Shown: positions 1 through 11,756 of the stretch, piece after piece
Layout of the letters: each line of letters starts with the position of its first letter
Numbering within the stretch: position 1 is the first letter of the stretch
Notes under the pieces: model-generated
The model's database searches: none
What the model was told of the DNA's origin: nothing
What the model saw: the letters and a program-made list of their open reading frames with translations, nothing else
Made by a program: the position numbers and the translations under genes
Assembly: GCA_964106645.2 (NCBI GenBank)
Contig: OZ067044.1
Direction: 5' to 3' (one strand)
DNA length: 64,000 bases
From: Podarcis pityusensis
Lineage: Eukaryota

Positions 1-6
1 AAAGCA

Positions 7-330
7 ATAATAATAATTTATTTCTTATACCTCACCTATCTGACTGGGTTGCCCCAGCCACTCTGGGTGGCTTCCAACAAAAGCACACCATCAAACATTA
101 AAAACTTCCCGAAAGAGGGCTGCCTTCAGATGTCTACGAAAACTTATACAGTTGTTCAACTCTTTGACATCTACCGAGAGGGTGTTCCACAGGGTGGATG
201 CAGCCACTGAAAAGGCCTTCTGCCTGGTTCCCTGTAATTTCACTTCTCACAGAGAGGGAACCACCAGAAGGCCCTCAGAGCTGGGCTTCAGTATCCGGTC
301 TGAGCAACTGGGATAGAGATGCTCCTTCAG
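7..330 (-). mobile_element. L2-type LINE 3' fragment
   Basis: (AAT)n tail, stem-loop GACTGGGTTGCCCCAGCC, and AGGGTGTTCCACAGGGTGG...CCACTGAAAAGGCC typical of squamate L2 3' ends. Same terminus at 7341 and 17155. Confidence 0.7.
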
Positions 331-844
331 GCAACTGTACCAAAAGGAATTATTTTTAGCAACAAAGCTGGGGCATGGAGGGCAACAGTTGTATCTTCTG
401 CCTTGAATGATGAGAAAGCCTTGGGAAGTATACCTGTCTGAAAATAAATGAAAGGTGAGGGAGAGGATGTTGGTGTATGTGGAATGAGGGGAGGAGCCAA
501 GAAGTTATATAAAGCAAGGTTACAAGATTGAAATGATGTCCAAAGTTTGCATGTTCCCAAAGTAAATGATATCAAAATTATTGTAAACCTGCAGCAACCC
601 CTAAGAACAATGGATTCCAGGCTTTGTTCTAAGGAATCCCTGGGATTCTTGGGAAGCTTATTGAAGCTTCTTGTGATGTGATGATCGGTAATGAGTCAAA
701 CAAGATGTCCTCAGTGGCAGATGGCTTGCTTATAGCTGTCAATCTTCCCCAAGCAACGTTCAGCCCCCAGGAAGCCTTAGGTATATTGCAGGTTCATCCT
801 CGTTTCATGCAACAGTGCAGACCAGCAGATCTGTATGGGGACAA

Positions 845-992
845 AGGAACACAGGAACTCAGCCTTATTATACAGAGTCAGACTGGTGGACCCTCTAACT
901 CAGTACTGCCCATGCCATCTAGCAGTGGCTTTCTGGTGTTTCAGGCAAGGAATATTTGCCAGCCCTACATGGAGATGCCAGCGATTGATCCT
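845..992 (-). mobile_element. Degenerate tRNA-derived SINE with CR1-like tail
   Basis: GCCTTA...GAGTCAGAC...CAGCCCTACATGGAGATGCCAGCGATTGATCCT recognised as a common squamate SINE body. Confidence 0.5.
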
Positions 993-994
993 TG

Positions 995-1245
995 AGGAAC
1001 ACCTCAAGGCACACCTATTCATCCAGACCTTTGGGCGGTATGAGTATATGGCTGGGTCATCTAAATTGCTCTTATTGTTTGCTGTACTGACATGAGGATC
1101 TGTAAATTCCTGGTTTTACCTACATGTGATGGTTTTATGGGTGGTATTTTTATTGTTTTATTAATATATTGTGAACTCTCCAGTTATTTTGTTGTGAACG
1201 GTCATAATTGGATGGTCAATAAACAAACCCAATGAATAAAAATAA
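995..1245 (+). mobile_element. Degenerate L2-type 3' end
   Basis: CTCAAGGCACACCTATTCATCCAGACCTTTG, then a T-rich tract, TGTGAACTCTCC...GGGTCATAA and an (AATA)-like tail. Confidence 0.45.
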
Positions 1246-4159
1246 ATAGTACTTTCTTTCCTTTTTTTTTTTTTACTAGAACCCCCAAATCTCCCAGGCA
1301 TGGACAGGTTCAATTACTCAAACTGCAGAATTCTGAGCCCAGGAATTTGTTTTTGAGTGCCAGAACTGAATAGCACATTGTCCTTCCTTACAGAAACCGA
1401 GTCCTGTTTCCTTCCCTTCCTCTGCTCTCAGCTTCTTTTCATTTTGGCAGTATAGAGTGATCCATCCATAGGGAAGCACGGTCAGCGGCAACTCTCAATA
1501 CAATACCAGGCTCTGTGTGACTTTAGTCATTTTCTGTCTCTGTGTTTCCACCGCTGAATCCTACTAGTTGGGAAAGAAGGGAGTGGAGATGTGTCATTCT
1601 GGCCAGCTATTGCTGTTGACAAGACAACAGAAGGTTGGGGGGTGGAGTGGGTTGTATCACAGCATCTGAGCTAAGTCCTTGTCAACATTACACCAGTCTG
1701 AGCAGCTAGGATCCATAAAGGGTACACAATTGTTGTTCACTACTACCTCATATCTTGCCAATCACTGTCCAGAGGGGTCAATCAAGGGTTTCAGTTACGG
1801 AAAAGATTGCCTCCAGATGTTGTTAGATACCAGCTGTCAGAGATGATAACTGTAGCCAAACAATATCTGGAAGGCCACAGGTTCCCCATCCCTGATTGAA
1901 GAGAATTTGGGGGGGGGGGACCTCTGTAGAACCTTCCACTGATTTTATAGACATTAAGTCTATTGTTGTGAACAATTTAAAAACACAAGAATCTTGCTGA
2001 TTCAGGCCAAAGGTTCATCAAGTTTTGGCATCCTCTTTCCTATAGTAACCAACCAGATACTTCCAAGAAGACCACAATTTGTGCAGGAAGTCAGCAATCC
2101 TCCCTCTGCCTAGTCATACCAAGGGCACAAGGCCCCCCAAGTGTACAAAACAGTGATTGTTTGATCTGCACTGATGACAGCTATACAACTTAATGCAGAA
2201 GAAAATATCATCAACAAATGGTTTAATATAGGATTCAGCTACATTAGTAAAAAAAAACCAACACCCAGCGTTTTGAATGCATTATAAACATGCAACACCA
2301 GATAGTGCTGGAGAGCAAAAAAAAAAGTTATCTGCAATTTTCCATAGTGTTTCCCCCCCCCCCTTTCTTATAATGATTTAATTTCTGACTTATTTATAGC
2401 TGGTTTTTCCTGTGTGTAGATCCACCCATAGTCTTCTTTTCCCATTTTGTATGGAATTTAATCCAGAATGAGCTTTGAATCATGCCATAAATTTTGCCCC
2501 AAGGCTCCTACTGAAAACTTTATATTCATCCAAGCACTGCTGTGGAAATTCCTGTTTAATGCTTTTAACTTCTTTGTCTGTCTCAGGAGGTAGGATGGTC
2601 TGTCTGAATTTGTGTAATTCCAAAACCTCAAAGTGGCGTCAAGCTAAGGAACGGCTTACCTTGGGTGTAAGAAACGACGAGTTACAGTACTGTGTGTTAG
2701 GTGAGAATCTCAGGAGTGACCCAACAGCCCTAAGGAACAATACAATCACTGTCATAATATGGACCTTTGTGGTACGAAAGATCAGCCAAGTTTCAGATCC
2801 CTTGTCCCAAGGCAAAACATCTACAAAACTTTATTACTACATCCCAGACCCTGATCTAAAGGCTTGCTGAAATCTGCTGAATGACTCACTGGGTAAAATT
2901 AAGCACACATGTAAATTTTAGCAGGATTGAGTCTTATTGTCTGACTCTACAATGGAGGTTTTGTCTGAATAATGTCTTCAGGATCCAGCCATTAATGAGC
3001 AGCATTTGAGAGGACAAGCAGCCAAAGAGAAATGCCTAAAGGGCTCCACACTTTAAATGGGGGATTTGTCTATCTCCCCCCCCCCCAAAAAAAACCAGAA
3101 TCACATTTTTGCAGTCGGCTTTAAGATAATAATCACTTTGTATGTCCTGAAACCTACCATCAGCTGTTGATGCAGGACAAAATAAAGATGTGCTTAGGAA
3201 AATAAGTTAAATATGTGTATGTACGTTAACTGCAAAGGCTCCAAATTGGCAACCCTATTCTAGGGCACAAATACATTTTGAAGGTCTCCAGAGTGGCCCT
3301 GGTCCAACACAAAGTTAAGCACACTTAAGCTGTTGACATCAAAGGGTTTAATTGCATTTGAGACTGTGTTGGTTTGTGACCAGTTGTTATGAAGGGAATC
3401 AATGGGATTCCCTCAATGTTCTTTTTATGCCTTACCACAGCCAAACTTCTCCTTTTAATACTCCATTATAAAAATCATGGAGAAGTCCAGGTAAAAAGAA
3501 CCTTCTGTTTTAGAAATGAAGGCAAGTCTTTCTGTTTTGATGTGCAGCCTATAACAAGTTTTCATGGGACATTTTCAATGCCGCCTCCTGAATCTACCTT
3601 GAATGTGGAGTGCATTCCACTTTGGAAATTATTTCTAGGACAAGTAAGTAAATCTGGATGTACACATAGATCTTATGCCAGCATTTATACAACAAGGGTT
3701 TCTGTCTGCCAGTTGTTTAATGATGGCGAAAACAAAATTACTCCCATTCTCTTAAAAAAGAAAAAGAAAAAAGAGCCTCTCCCTTGGCAGCTTGCTGGTG
3801 ATAGCTAGATGTATTTACTTAACATTATGAAGGAGTAGAAAAACTGCTTAGCTGAAAGTGATTTCTGATGGTGCTTGACGCAGACACACAGTCAGTGAGA
3901 AGAAGCAAGTGTCCCTCTTCCTGGCCTTATTCAATTTATTCAGAGAAGTAAAAGGACTTTACATTCAGTAGTATCGTCCAACAATAATGCAAGAGATAAT
4001 CTAAAGATTATATGAAGATTTGCCCCTTTGTGGTGCGTTTCATTCTTCTGACTGGATTAAAGACTTGTTAGGTAAACATTTTACCTGCTAAAGAATGTGT
4101 GTGTGGTGGTGAGGAATCAACAAATCACACTATGTGGATGGAAGACTTTTGTTCTCAGG

Positions 4160-4248
4160 TTCTGCTTCCAGGCTTTCCATGGACATCTGTGGATGCTGAA
4201 CTAGATAGGACTTGGGGCTGATCCAGCAGAGCTTTCCTTATGTTCTTA
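4160..4248 (+). mobile_element. CR1-like LINE 3' end (a reverse copy lies at about 1983-2110)
   Basis: GGATGCTGAACTAGATAGGACTTGGGGCTGATCCAGCAGAGCT...TTATGTTCTTA terminus. Confidence 0.55.
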
Positions 4249-6299
4249 AAGACTGGACTGCAGCCACGTGTATGCCACTCATCAGTAACCTGATAAATCA
4301 CTGTGACACAAATCCATGCAAATAAAATTGCTCAATGACTCCCATGTGAACTTGCTTCCATTGAGGTATGGTTGCTGCAGTGATAGGAAGCTCTGTCTGA
4401 ATGTTTGATCTGTGGTGACTCATATATACATGGTGATCAATGCTTCATGATGCCATTGTTGTGTAATGAACTCACATAAACCCCACTGAAAGTAGCCTTT
4501 TAAGGATTCATATATTCTTGGTGGGTTGGTGAACGCCATGATTGTGAAACATGCCAGCAGATAACCCAATGTTTGACATTTTGCATAACTTTATAAAATC
4601 ACCTCTTTCTTCAAGGAAAAGTAAGAGCTTAAGTTTAGATCTTGACTCTCACTTTTGTTTAGACTTTTCTCTTATTTTAATTTTAGTAAGAAGAAAGTTG
4701 ATTAGGGCTGACAAGTCAAGATGAATCTTCTTCTACCTTTAAGAATGGAACAGGACAGAGTTCCACCAGAGGCAGTTTTTCCTGTTACTGATGGTAGAAT
4801 TCTTACATTTCTGCAGCTGGTAAAATTACAGGACCCTACTCAGTTTATGGACTTAGGAACCGATATAGTTCAGTGCTGTGCATTGTCTACTCAGAAGTAA
4901 GTACCACGGCGATCAATGGGACTCACATCCAGGTAAACACATATAGCTTTGATCTCATGGTATCAGGGCAAATTCTAGCTCTGCTGATACCTGGATTGAT
5001 AATGTTGCTGAAACAATACTCAACCTTCCTAAAAACATATCTCTTTGTCTAAACATTGAACTTGAACTTTCTCACCTGGCTTGGGATAGAGAGAACAGAG
5101 TGTCACTCCACTTCCTGTTTCTACTCATAGCTGCTTCCTGGAATTCACACCTCTATCAACACCATTTGATATATCTGTAGTTATACTTTAGACTTGCTGG
5201 TAACTTAACTTTACTGTTTTATTCAGCTACAGTATTTTCATGCTACACAGCTTTCTAATAACAAAATTACGCAGGGGGGAAGCTACCCCAAAAGAGTAAA
5301 TACATCCTAAGTCATCACTGTGCTAGTGTAACAAATCTAACAAAATATGAATATTAAATATTGAAGTTATAGGTAACTCTTATGACTGAAGTCCACCCCT
5401 TCAACTATCAAACTCCTTTGTCTAGCACATCAGCACAATTATGTTTCTTTCATAACATCGCTGATAGTTGGATTACATGGTGCTGTTCCCAAATTTTCCT
5501 AATTGTGTCTAGTTTGTTGGGCGAGGGGCTGGTATTCTTCCAGCCTTAACAAACACAATTCCTACTATTGTTGTAATGCATCGTATATTTGCACCCTGTA
5601 TAGACATGACAATCTCTCGTCAGTGTAATTTAAGAGACACATAGTGGTAACTATCTGAACGATGAAATGGGGAAATGTTTTGTGCTTCATGGCTGTGGTG
5701 ATGGCAATCTTTTTACTGTCACGACAGTAAGATAAGATCACTCGGGAGCAGTGAGTGATTTGAATCTTGCAGTGTCTGCTGCCCACTCAGAAGTCAAACA
5801 AAGGTTATTATTTGATGCACAAATAAGCCGAGTGAATCCAGCTGGGCAGGCTCTTCTCCAATCATGGAGCTGTACATTTCCACCCACTGCATCACAGGCT
5901 AATTGGTGCTCCTCCTTGGACTCAGTAACCTTGCTCCTCCATGCCACTATACTCCTGTCCTCTGAAACTGCTGAATGGCGGGGTTTCAGGGAGGCCGCTC
6001 TGACATGCCTGGGCAGTGTGTCATCCTCAGCTCCTTCCCCTGAATACAAACCTTTTGCCAGCTCTTCCTCTCCTGTAGGTCTGCGCTACCATGGCATCCC
6101 AGCAGTGACATATGCATGGCTTCAGTCACAAGAGGTTTCGTGCATTGCGCAAGCCTAACCAAAGTCCTACTGAAGTCAATGGGCACTCGCTCCCATGTAA
6201 GTTGGGGTTAGCCTTAGTTGGCACTGGAAAACTGGAGCCTTGTAGAGAGAAACCAATGCTGCTCCCTGTAATGAAACTTTGGACCTCATATTGACCATG

Positions 6300-6590
6300 C
6301 TGGGAAACTGGTTAGAGCATGATGCTGATAACACCAAGGTTGCAGGCTTGATCCCCATATGGGACAGCTGTTTATTCCTGCATTGCAGGGGGATGGACTA
6401 GATCAGAGTTCCCCAAACTTGGGCCTCCAGCTGTTTTGGACTACAACCCCATCATCCCTGACCACTGGTCCTGCTAGCTAAGGATGATGGGAGTTGTAGT
6501 CCAAAAACAGATGGGGGCCAAAGTTTGGGGAACCCTGAAGTAGATGATCGTCTGGGTCCTTTCCAGTTCTACAATTCTATAATTTTATGA
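6300..6590 (+). mobile_element. tRNA-derived SINE with CR1-like tail, interrupted by a MITE
   Basis: TGGTTAGAGC...GGCTTGATCCC (A and B boxes), ATTCCTGCATTGCAGGGGGATGGACTAGAT, insertion, GATCGTCTGGGTCCTTTCCAGTTCTACAATTCTA. Uninterrupted reverse relative at 54186-54330. Confidence 0.7.
6404..6537. mobile_element. hAT/Charlie-type hairpin MITE
   Basis: TIRs CAGAGTTCCCCAAACTT and AAGTTTGGGGAACCCTG, palindromic body, degenerate 8-bp TSD GACTAGAT/AAGTAGAT. Confidence 0.8.
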
Positions 6591-7340
6591 CTTGGGAATC
6601 TAAGGCCATCTTCTGAATTGAATATGGGTGGAAGGACCAGACAGTTTGGCTCTGAGCACTGATATGCTCCTGCACAAGCCCTGTCACACCTAAAGCCCCT
6701 TCTGCCAAATGGGAACAACAAGAGAGACTTTGTTAGAGTTCAGCCTGCTGTTCACACTGGAAGAAAGTGGTTAAAGAAAGCTTTGCCGGGGTGCAAAACA
6801 AAAATGAGCTTGCAAAATAAAGTGTTGGGGGGTGTCTTTGGGATTGGAAACTATGCTGTGGTTCTCATGGAAAATCCTGGAGGCAGATTGAGGCTTGGTC
6901 TACGCTTGCAATAGAAGCACCACTTCAGAGAGTTTAACATGTTTAAGACAGCTTTAAAAGTTTTTTAAAGGATGTATCCACCAGCATGCTAGCACAATGT
7001 CAGACAAAAAATGTGCCGAATGTATTGCAGTTGCAGGAACAGCACTCCAGCAATTTAGATAGGAAGAGAGAAATGCTGGGCATAAGGATATTAGATTCAC
7101 TTACTTCATTCCCAGCTAAAAAACAGACTGGACCAGGGTGCAGATGGAGCAATCATATCACACTCTTGCAAATGTGCTTAAGTGGCAGTGAGGATATTTA
7201 TCTCCTGCCCATCCTCTGATGAGCTCATCATGGTGTTCGTTGAATTCATTTAAACTTCACAGTAAGCCTTCCTAATAAATACTGTGCACTATGGGTGCCC
7301 AAGGTCACCCACTGAACTTCATAGGTGAGCAAGGATTTGG

Positions 7341-7415
7341 AATAATAATAATAATAATAATAATAATTTATTTCTACCCCACCCATCTGGCTGGGTTTCC
7401 CCAGCCACTCTGGGG
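7341..7415 (-). mobile_element. Extremely 5'-truncated L2-type tail with (AAT)n
   Basis: (AAT)9 followed by CCCATCTGGCTGGGTTTCCCCAGCCACTCTGGG. Confidence 0.75.
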
Positions 7416-7922
7416 ATATGCTTTCCTGTACATACAGGGCTGAATTATTCATTCCAGGCTTGAAAACCAAACCAAACCCATCAACTATGTTGGATGGACC
7501 CCAATCTTCATACCTGTCGGGGGGACTGCAAAACAAAAGGACCATCATGGTTGCTCGGCTGCTTTCCACTTGGTGGGAGACAAAGAGGGCAGGCCTGCAG
7601 CTTTAAAATACCTTCCATGCCCCATTTTGACTCAACTTGGGGTGGTGGACAGAAGGTTGTTTTCCCCAAGCCAACAACAATACATTGGAGATGTTCTCTG
7701 CTTTCACAGTATTCCTCCCAGAAGTTGTTTAAAAAGGACAGGGCAGTGGTGGACCTTGAGGGCTCAAATTTCAGTGGCACCCTATGCAACTCCAAAATTC
7801 AGTGCCCTGCTGCCTCTCGCACACTCCATTCTAAATAACAGTTGTGGCATCCTCTGCAGCTTCCCAGAGGCTCTGCGCCCAGTGCACCCAAACTAGTTGT
7901 GCTCCCCTAAATCTGCCTCTGG

Positions 7923-8052
7923 ATAGGGAACAAATGGGTCTCTAAATGTTGGACTCCAACTCCCATCAACCCCAGCCAGCATGGCTAATGGTCACGGGTG
8001 ATGGGATCTGTAGTCCAGCAACACCTGCAGGGTCACAGGTTCCCAACCCCTG
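7923..8052. mobile_element. hAT-type hairpin MITE (other degenerate copies at about 1805-1894, 8915-9035, 9601-9726, 63631-63780)
   Basis: GGACTCCAACTCCCATCA...TGATGGGATCTGTAGTCC arms and CAGGTTCCCAACCCCTG end. Confidence 0.7.
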
Positions 8053-10296
8053 TTTTGGGGGGCAGGGGAGGGGAGTCATTCGAATGGAAAGGAGGCTTCT
8101 GGAATTCTGCTGCTCCAAGCAGAGAAAGTCTTTAGGGCGGCGCCTTCACGTTCCGGAGGCGCTAGGGGAGGAAGCTGACAAAAGTTCTCAGGGCAAAGGA
8201 ATTCAAACAGCCCCACCCGGAAAATCAGGTCCTGATCAAAGGAGGAGAGGAAGGCAAAGGTGCCTCGGCGCTTGCCAGCAGCTACATTTCGTCAAATAGA
8301 GCAGGAACCCAGAGAAATGCAACGTTTTTAAGGGCAGATGGATGGCTCAGTAGCAGACACCAAAGGCGAGCGCCCCAGTCAATCCTAGGAAGCGATTTCG
8401 TTCCTGTTAACAGCACTGAGACTGAACCGACTGCAGTCTAATCGCTCCGTTTTTTGTTTTTTTAAATGCCTATCAATGGGCGCGAAGAATCGCAGCTTTA
8501 AAGGTTGAGTCCTTTTATAACAGTTATAAACGCGCGCACAAGATCTGGCACCAGAAGCAAAGCTAAACCCACAATTTATGCCTCTTCTCAATCCCCCCCC
8601 CCGCGTCTCTCCCTGCCCCCTTAAAGTTCTTTCTCATCTTTACAGTGGTCACCCTCAGGGCAACACTATGTGGGGAGGAGGCACGGTTATGCCCATTTAA
8701 CCGATGGGGACAGTGGCTGCCAACATTGCCGGAAGTGTCGCCAGCCACAACCGGATGCGCGATTCTCCCTCTTCTTCGGAAGGTGGCGCTGTCGCGTTCC
8801 AAGGATGCCTTGCTGGAAGGGGGAAGGGAAACTCAGGCCTGGGTTTCCCAGAATCCCGGATCCAGAGGTTGCCTGCGTATCTTGCCTTTCTTGGAGGAAG
8901 AAATGAGCCGATGCTTTCGCAGCCTCTGGATATTTTGGACTACGACACACACCAGCCCCACCCAGCACCGTGGGGATTGTATACACTGTGCTGTAATCCA
9001 AAATATCTGGAGGGCACCAGGTTTTGGGAGGCTAATTCAGCTGCAGTTCGGCACCTGACCTAAGGAGAGATTGTCCAATCCCGGCTGGCAACCGCCCAAC
9101 AAATCCTACCGCAGGAGACTCCTTCTGAGTTGCTTTGCAGGTGGATTCCAGAGATCGGAAGCGAAGAAGTGTGGAAAGCAAACAAATGCTTGGAAGGCGA
9201 ACGTTTGTCAAGTCCCTTGACGGCTATTGGCTGACACAGATACCAGGAAGGAACCCGCGGGGAGGATTCGCTTGTTTGCCTAGAAAACGTTCCTTTAAAC
9301 TAAAGCCGCTGTCTTAGACACCTAGTGGAAGCACACGTTTAGGGTTTTTGGTTTTGTTTTGTAATGTGGCAATCCATCTCAATATTGTTGCATGCAGGCG
9401 AGGATCGCTTTGTATAGGTGTTAAAAACTCCGTGCCTGGAATCCTTCTGCCTGAGTTTTCTGTGCACAAGGAGATTTGCAACTGCATATTCCCGCACTGC
9501 GTGTTCTGAGAATATCATTCGCCAGTCTTTCACCTGCAGTCTGAAATGATCTATGCTCCAATAACACTTTTTACTGGGCGATGCGCTTTTTGTCTCGACC
9601 ACGCTTCCCCATCTGGTGCCCTCCAGGTAGTTTGGACTCCGCTTACCATCATACTTGGATCCCGCTGGCTGGGGCAGATACGAGCTGGGATCCAAAATCT
9701 GTAGAGCACCAGGTTGGGGAAACCTGACTTTGAACACACCTGGCGTGCCTTTGCGGACCCTTAAGTAAGACTTGGTGCACTGGTCGTGCTTCATCGAGGA
9801 AGCCTAACTTTTTAAAAATTCAAATGTAGATTAATTTTGTGACTGGGTTTAATTGAGGCTTCTGCTAACTGAAAGCACGTTATGTGCTGATAGTCTTTTT
9901 GCCAAGAGTACATTTCCACATCCAAAAAACGTTGGCGGTAGCTTTCTAAATGATGCGGGGGAGGGGGAGGGTTGCGTTTCACTCGAGAGAAATTGATCTC
10001 GTAACCTACTTGCCAAATGCCACCTGTGCTGTCAAAATACTCATTTCAATATCTTTGCTGATCTTTGAAAGTAAGATAAGAGCACCCCAATAATATGCCC
10101 TTACTTGAAGTAAGTCACACTATAAGTCCAAAGGTGCACTCTCAGGTAAACGTGCCGACGACTGCAAGTGCACAGCCGGAGCTTACACAGAGGTAAACTG
10201 CAAGGGAGTGAGTCCCATTGAACACAGTGGGAATTATTTCCGAGTAAACCTAAATAGGGATCGGGCTGCCAGGTGTTGATCTTTGTATAGGAAACA

Positions 10297-10651
10297 GGGC
10301 GTGGGTGGTGTTATGGTCTAAACCACTGAGCCTCGTGGGATTGCTGATCGGAACGTCCGGTTGCTCTATTCCAGCTTCTGCCAACCTAGCAGTTCAAAAG
10401 CACACCAGTGCAAGGAGATAAATAGGTAGCGCTGCGGTGGGAAGGTAAACGATGTTTCCTTGCTCTCTGGCCTCTGTCACAGTCCTCCGTGCGCCAGTAG
10501 CGGTTTAGCCATGGTGGCCACATGGCCCGGAAAGCTGTCTGTGGACAAACGCTGGCTCCCTCGGCCTGAAAAGCGAGATGAGCGCCACACCCCATAGTCG
10601 CCTTTGACTGGACTTAACCGTCCAGGGATCCTTTACCTTTTTTACCTTACC
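10297..10651 (+). mobile_element. Sauria SINE (Squam1-type) with internal deletion and target-site duplication
   Basis: tRNA-like head, core CCTAGCAGTTC...GATAAATAGGTA...GGGAAGGTAAAC, and (ACCTTT)-type tail. Direct repeat TTGTATAGGA at 10283-10292 and 10653-10662. Confidence 0.9.
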
Positions 10652-11680
10652 ATTGTATAGGATTAGGAAGCATGGCTGCAAGCATCTGCAAACCTCCCTG
10701 GGTAACCCTATCAAACAGTGGCGAATAAACATGCGTACAAGCTTGGAAACAGTTCCGATTTCAAATCAATTGAATCTACTTCGGCCAATAGGTGCGTTTA
10801 GCATGCGCATCCGGCCTGAAGAGCTGAATAAAGTTACACTGCAGTCCTTGAAAATGATCAGTCTGTTGCAATCAGATTTAAACAATCGCTTTTCTCAAGA
10901 TAAATTGCTCGAAATCCGCGGCTGGTTACAATACCAGTTCCATTTACCCTAATGGGGATTTCTTCTAAATCCAGTTCTAGAGCCACTGAGTTGAGGATCG
11001 AGTTTGTAATTCATCTGGAATTACAATGCCACTCCTACACACAAGAGGGACGGGCTTTAAGTTCTTCATTCGTGGTTGCAGATGATCAGCTTGAACACGG
11101 TAGAAAAAAGATCCAGGTTTCCCCAAACTTTCATGGGGAAAAGCTGTTTTTCGAAGTTGTCAGAAAGCGAAACTTCCAAAACTCTCTGCTCTTTTTGGTG
11201 AAATCCGCGTGGGATGTTCTTCTGTGGAGTGGATGCAAAGCTCTTACTACAACTAGACTAAAGTGTCCAGGTGAACAACATAAGAGGGTTCCTTGCACCT
11301 TTAAGGGCTGTGCAGTGGAAGCGGCGTCACCCGACCACCTAAGACAAAAACAAAATCCCCACTGAGTTGTTTTTTTAACACACCCTTGGGTCCGACCTAG
11401 AGAAGGGAGTCGTCCTTAAGTCTCATTGAGAAGAATGGGAGTTGCTTGTGCATTCACATATAAATGCCAACGTCTTATTTGAGGCTGACTCCCCCCGCAA
11501 CCCTATGCATGTTTACTCACAAATAGTAAGTCCTAAGAGGTTTCCTCCGCCTGGTAAGAGTCCATAAGGCTGCGAGCCTCCGATTATCTAAGGGGGGGAC
11601 TAAATTTGCAATCCTATCCATTGACTTGAAGCAAGTCCTCCTACCGAACTCAGTGAGACTTACTTTTGGGGAGACGTATA

Positions 11681-11756
11681 GCTACCTCGGCCAATAAAGC
11701 GAGATGAGTGCCGCAACCCCAGAGTCAGCCACGACTGGACCTAATGTTTATACCTT
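11681..11756 (+). mobile_element. 5'-truncated Sauria SINE 3' end inserted in a palindromic element
   Basis: CTCGGCCAATAAAGCGAGATGAG...GACTGGACCTAATG...ACCTT is homologous to the 3' ends of the other two copies. Flanked by TATAG on both sides. Confidence 0.85.

Noticed and set aside
5738-6186. Overlapping ORFs possibly from a retroelement
   Set aside because: No RT, endonuclease or gag motifs recognisable.
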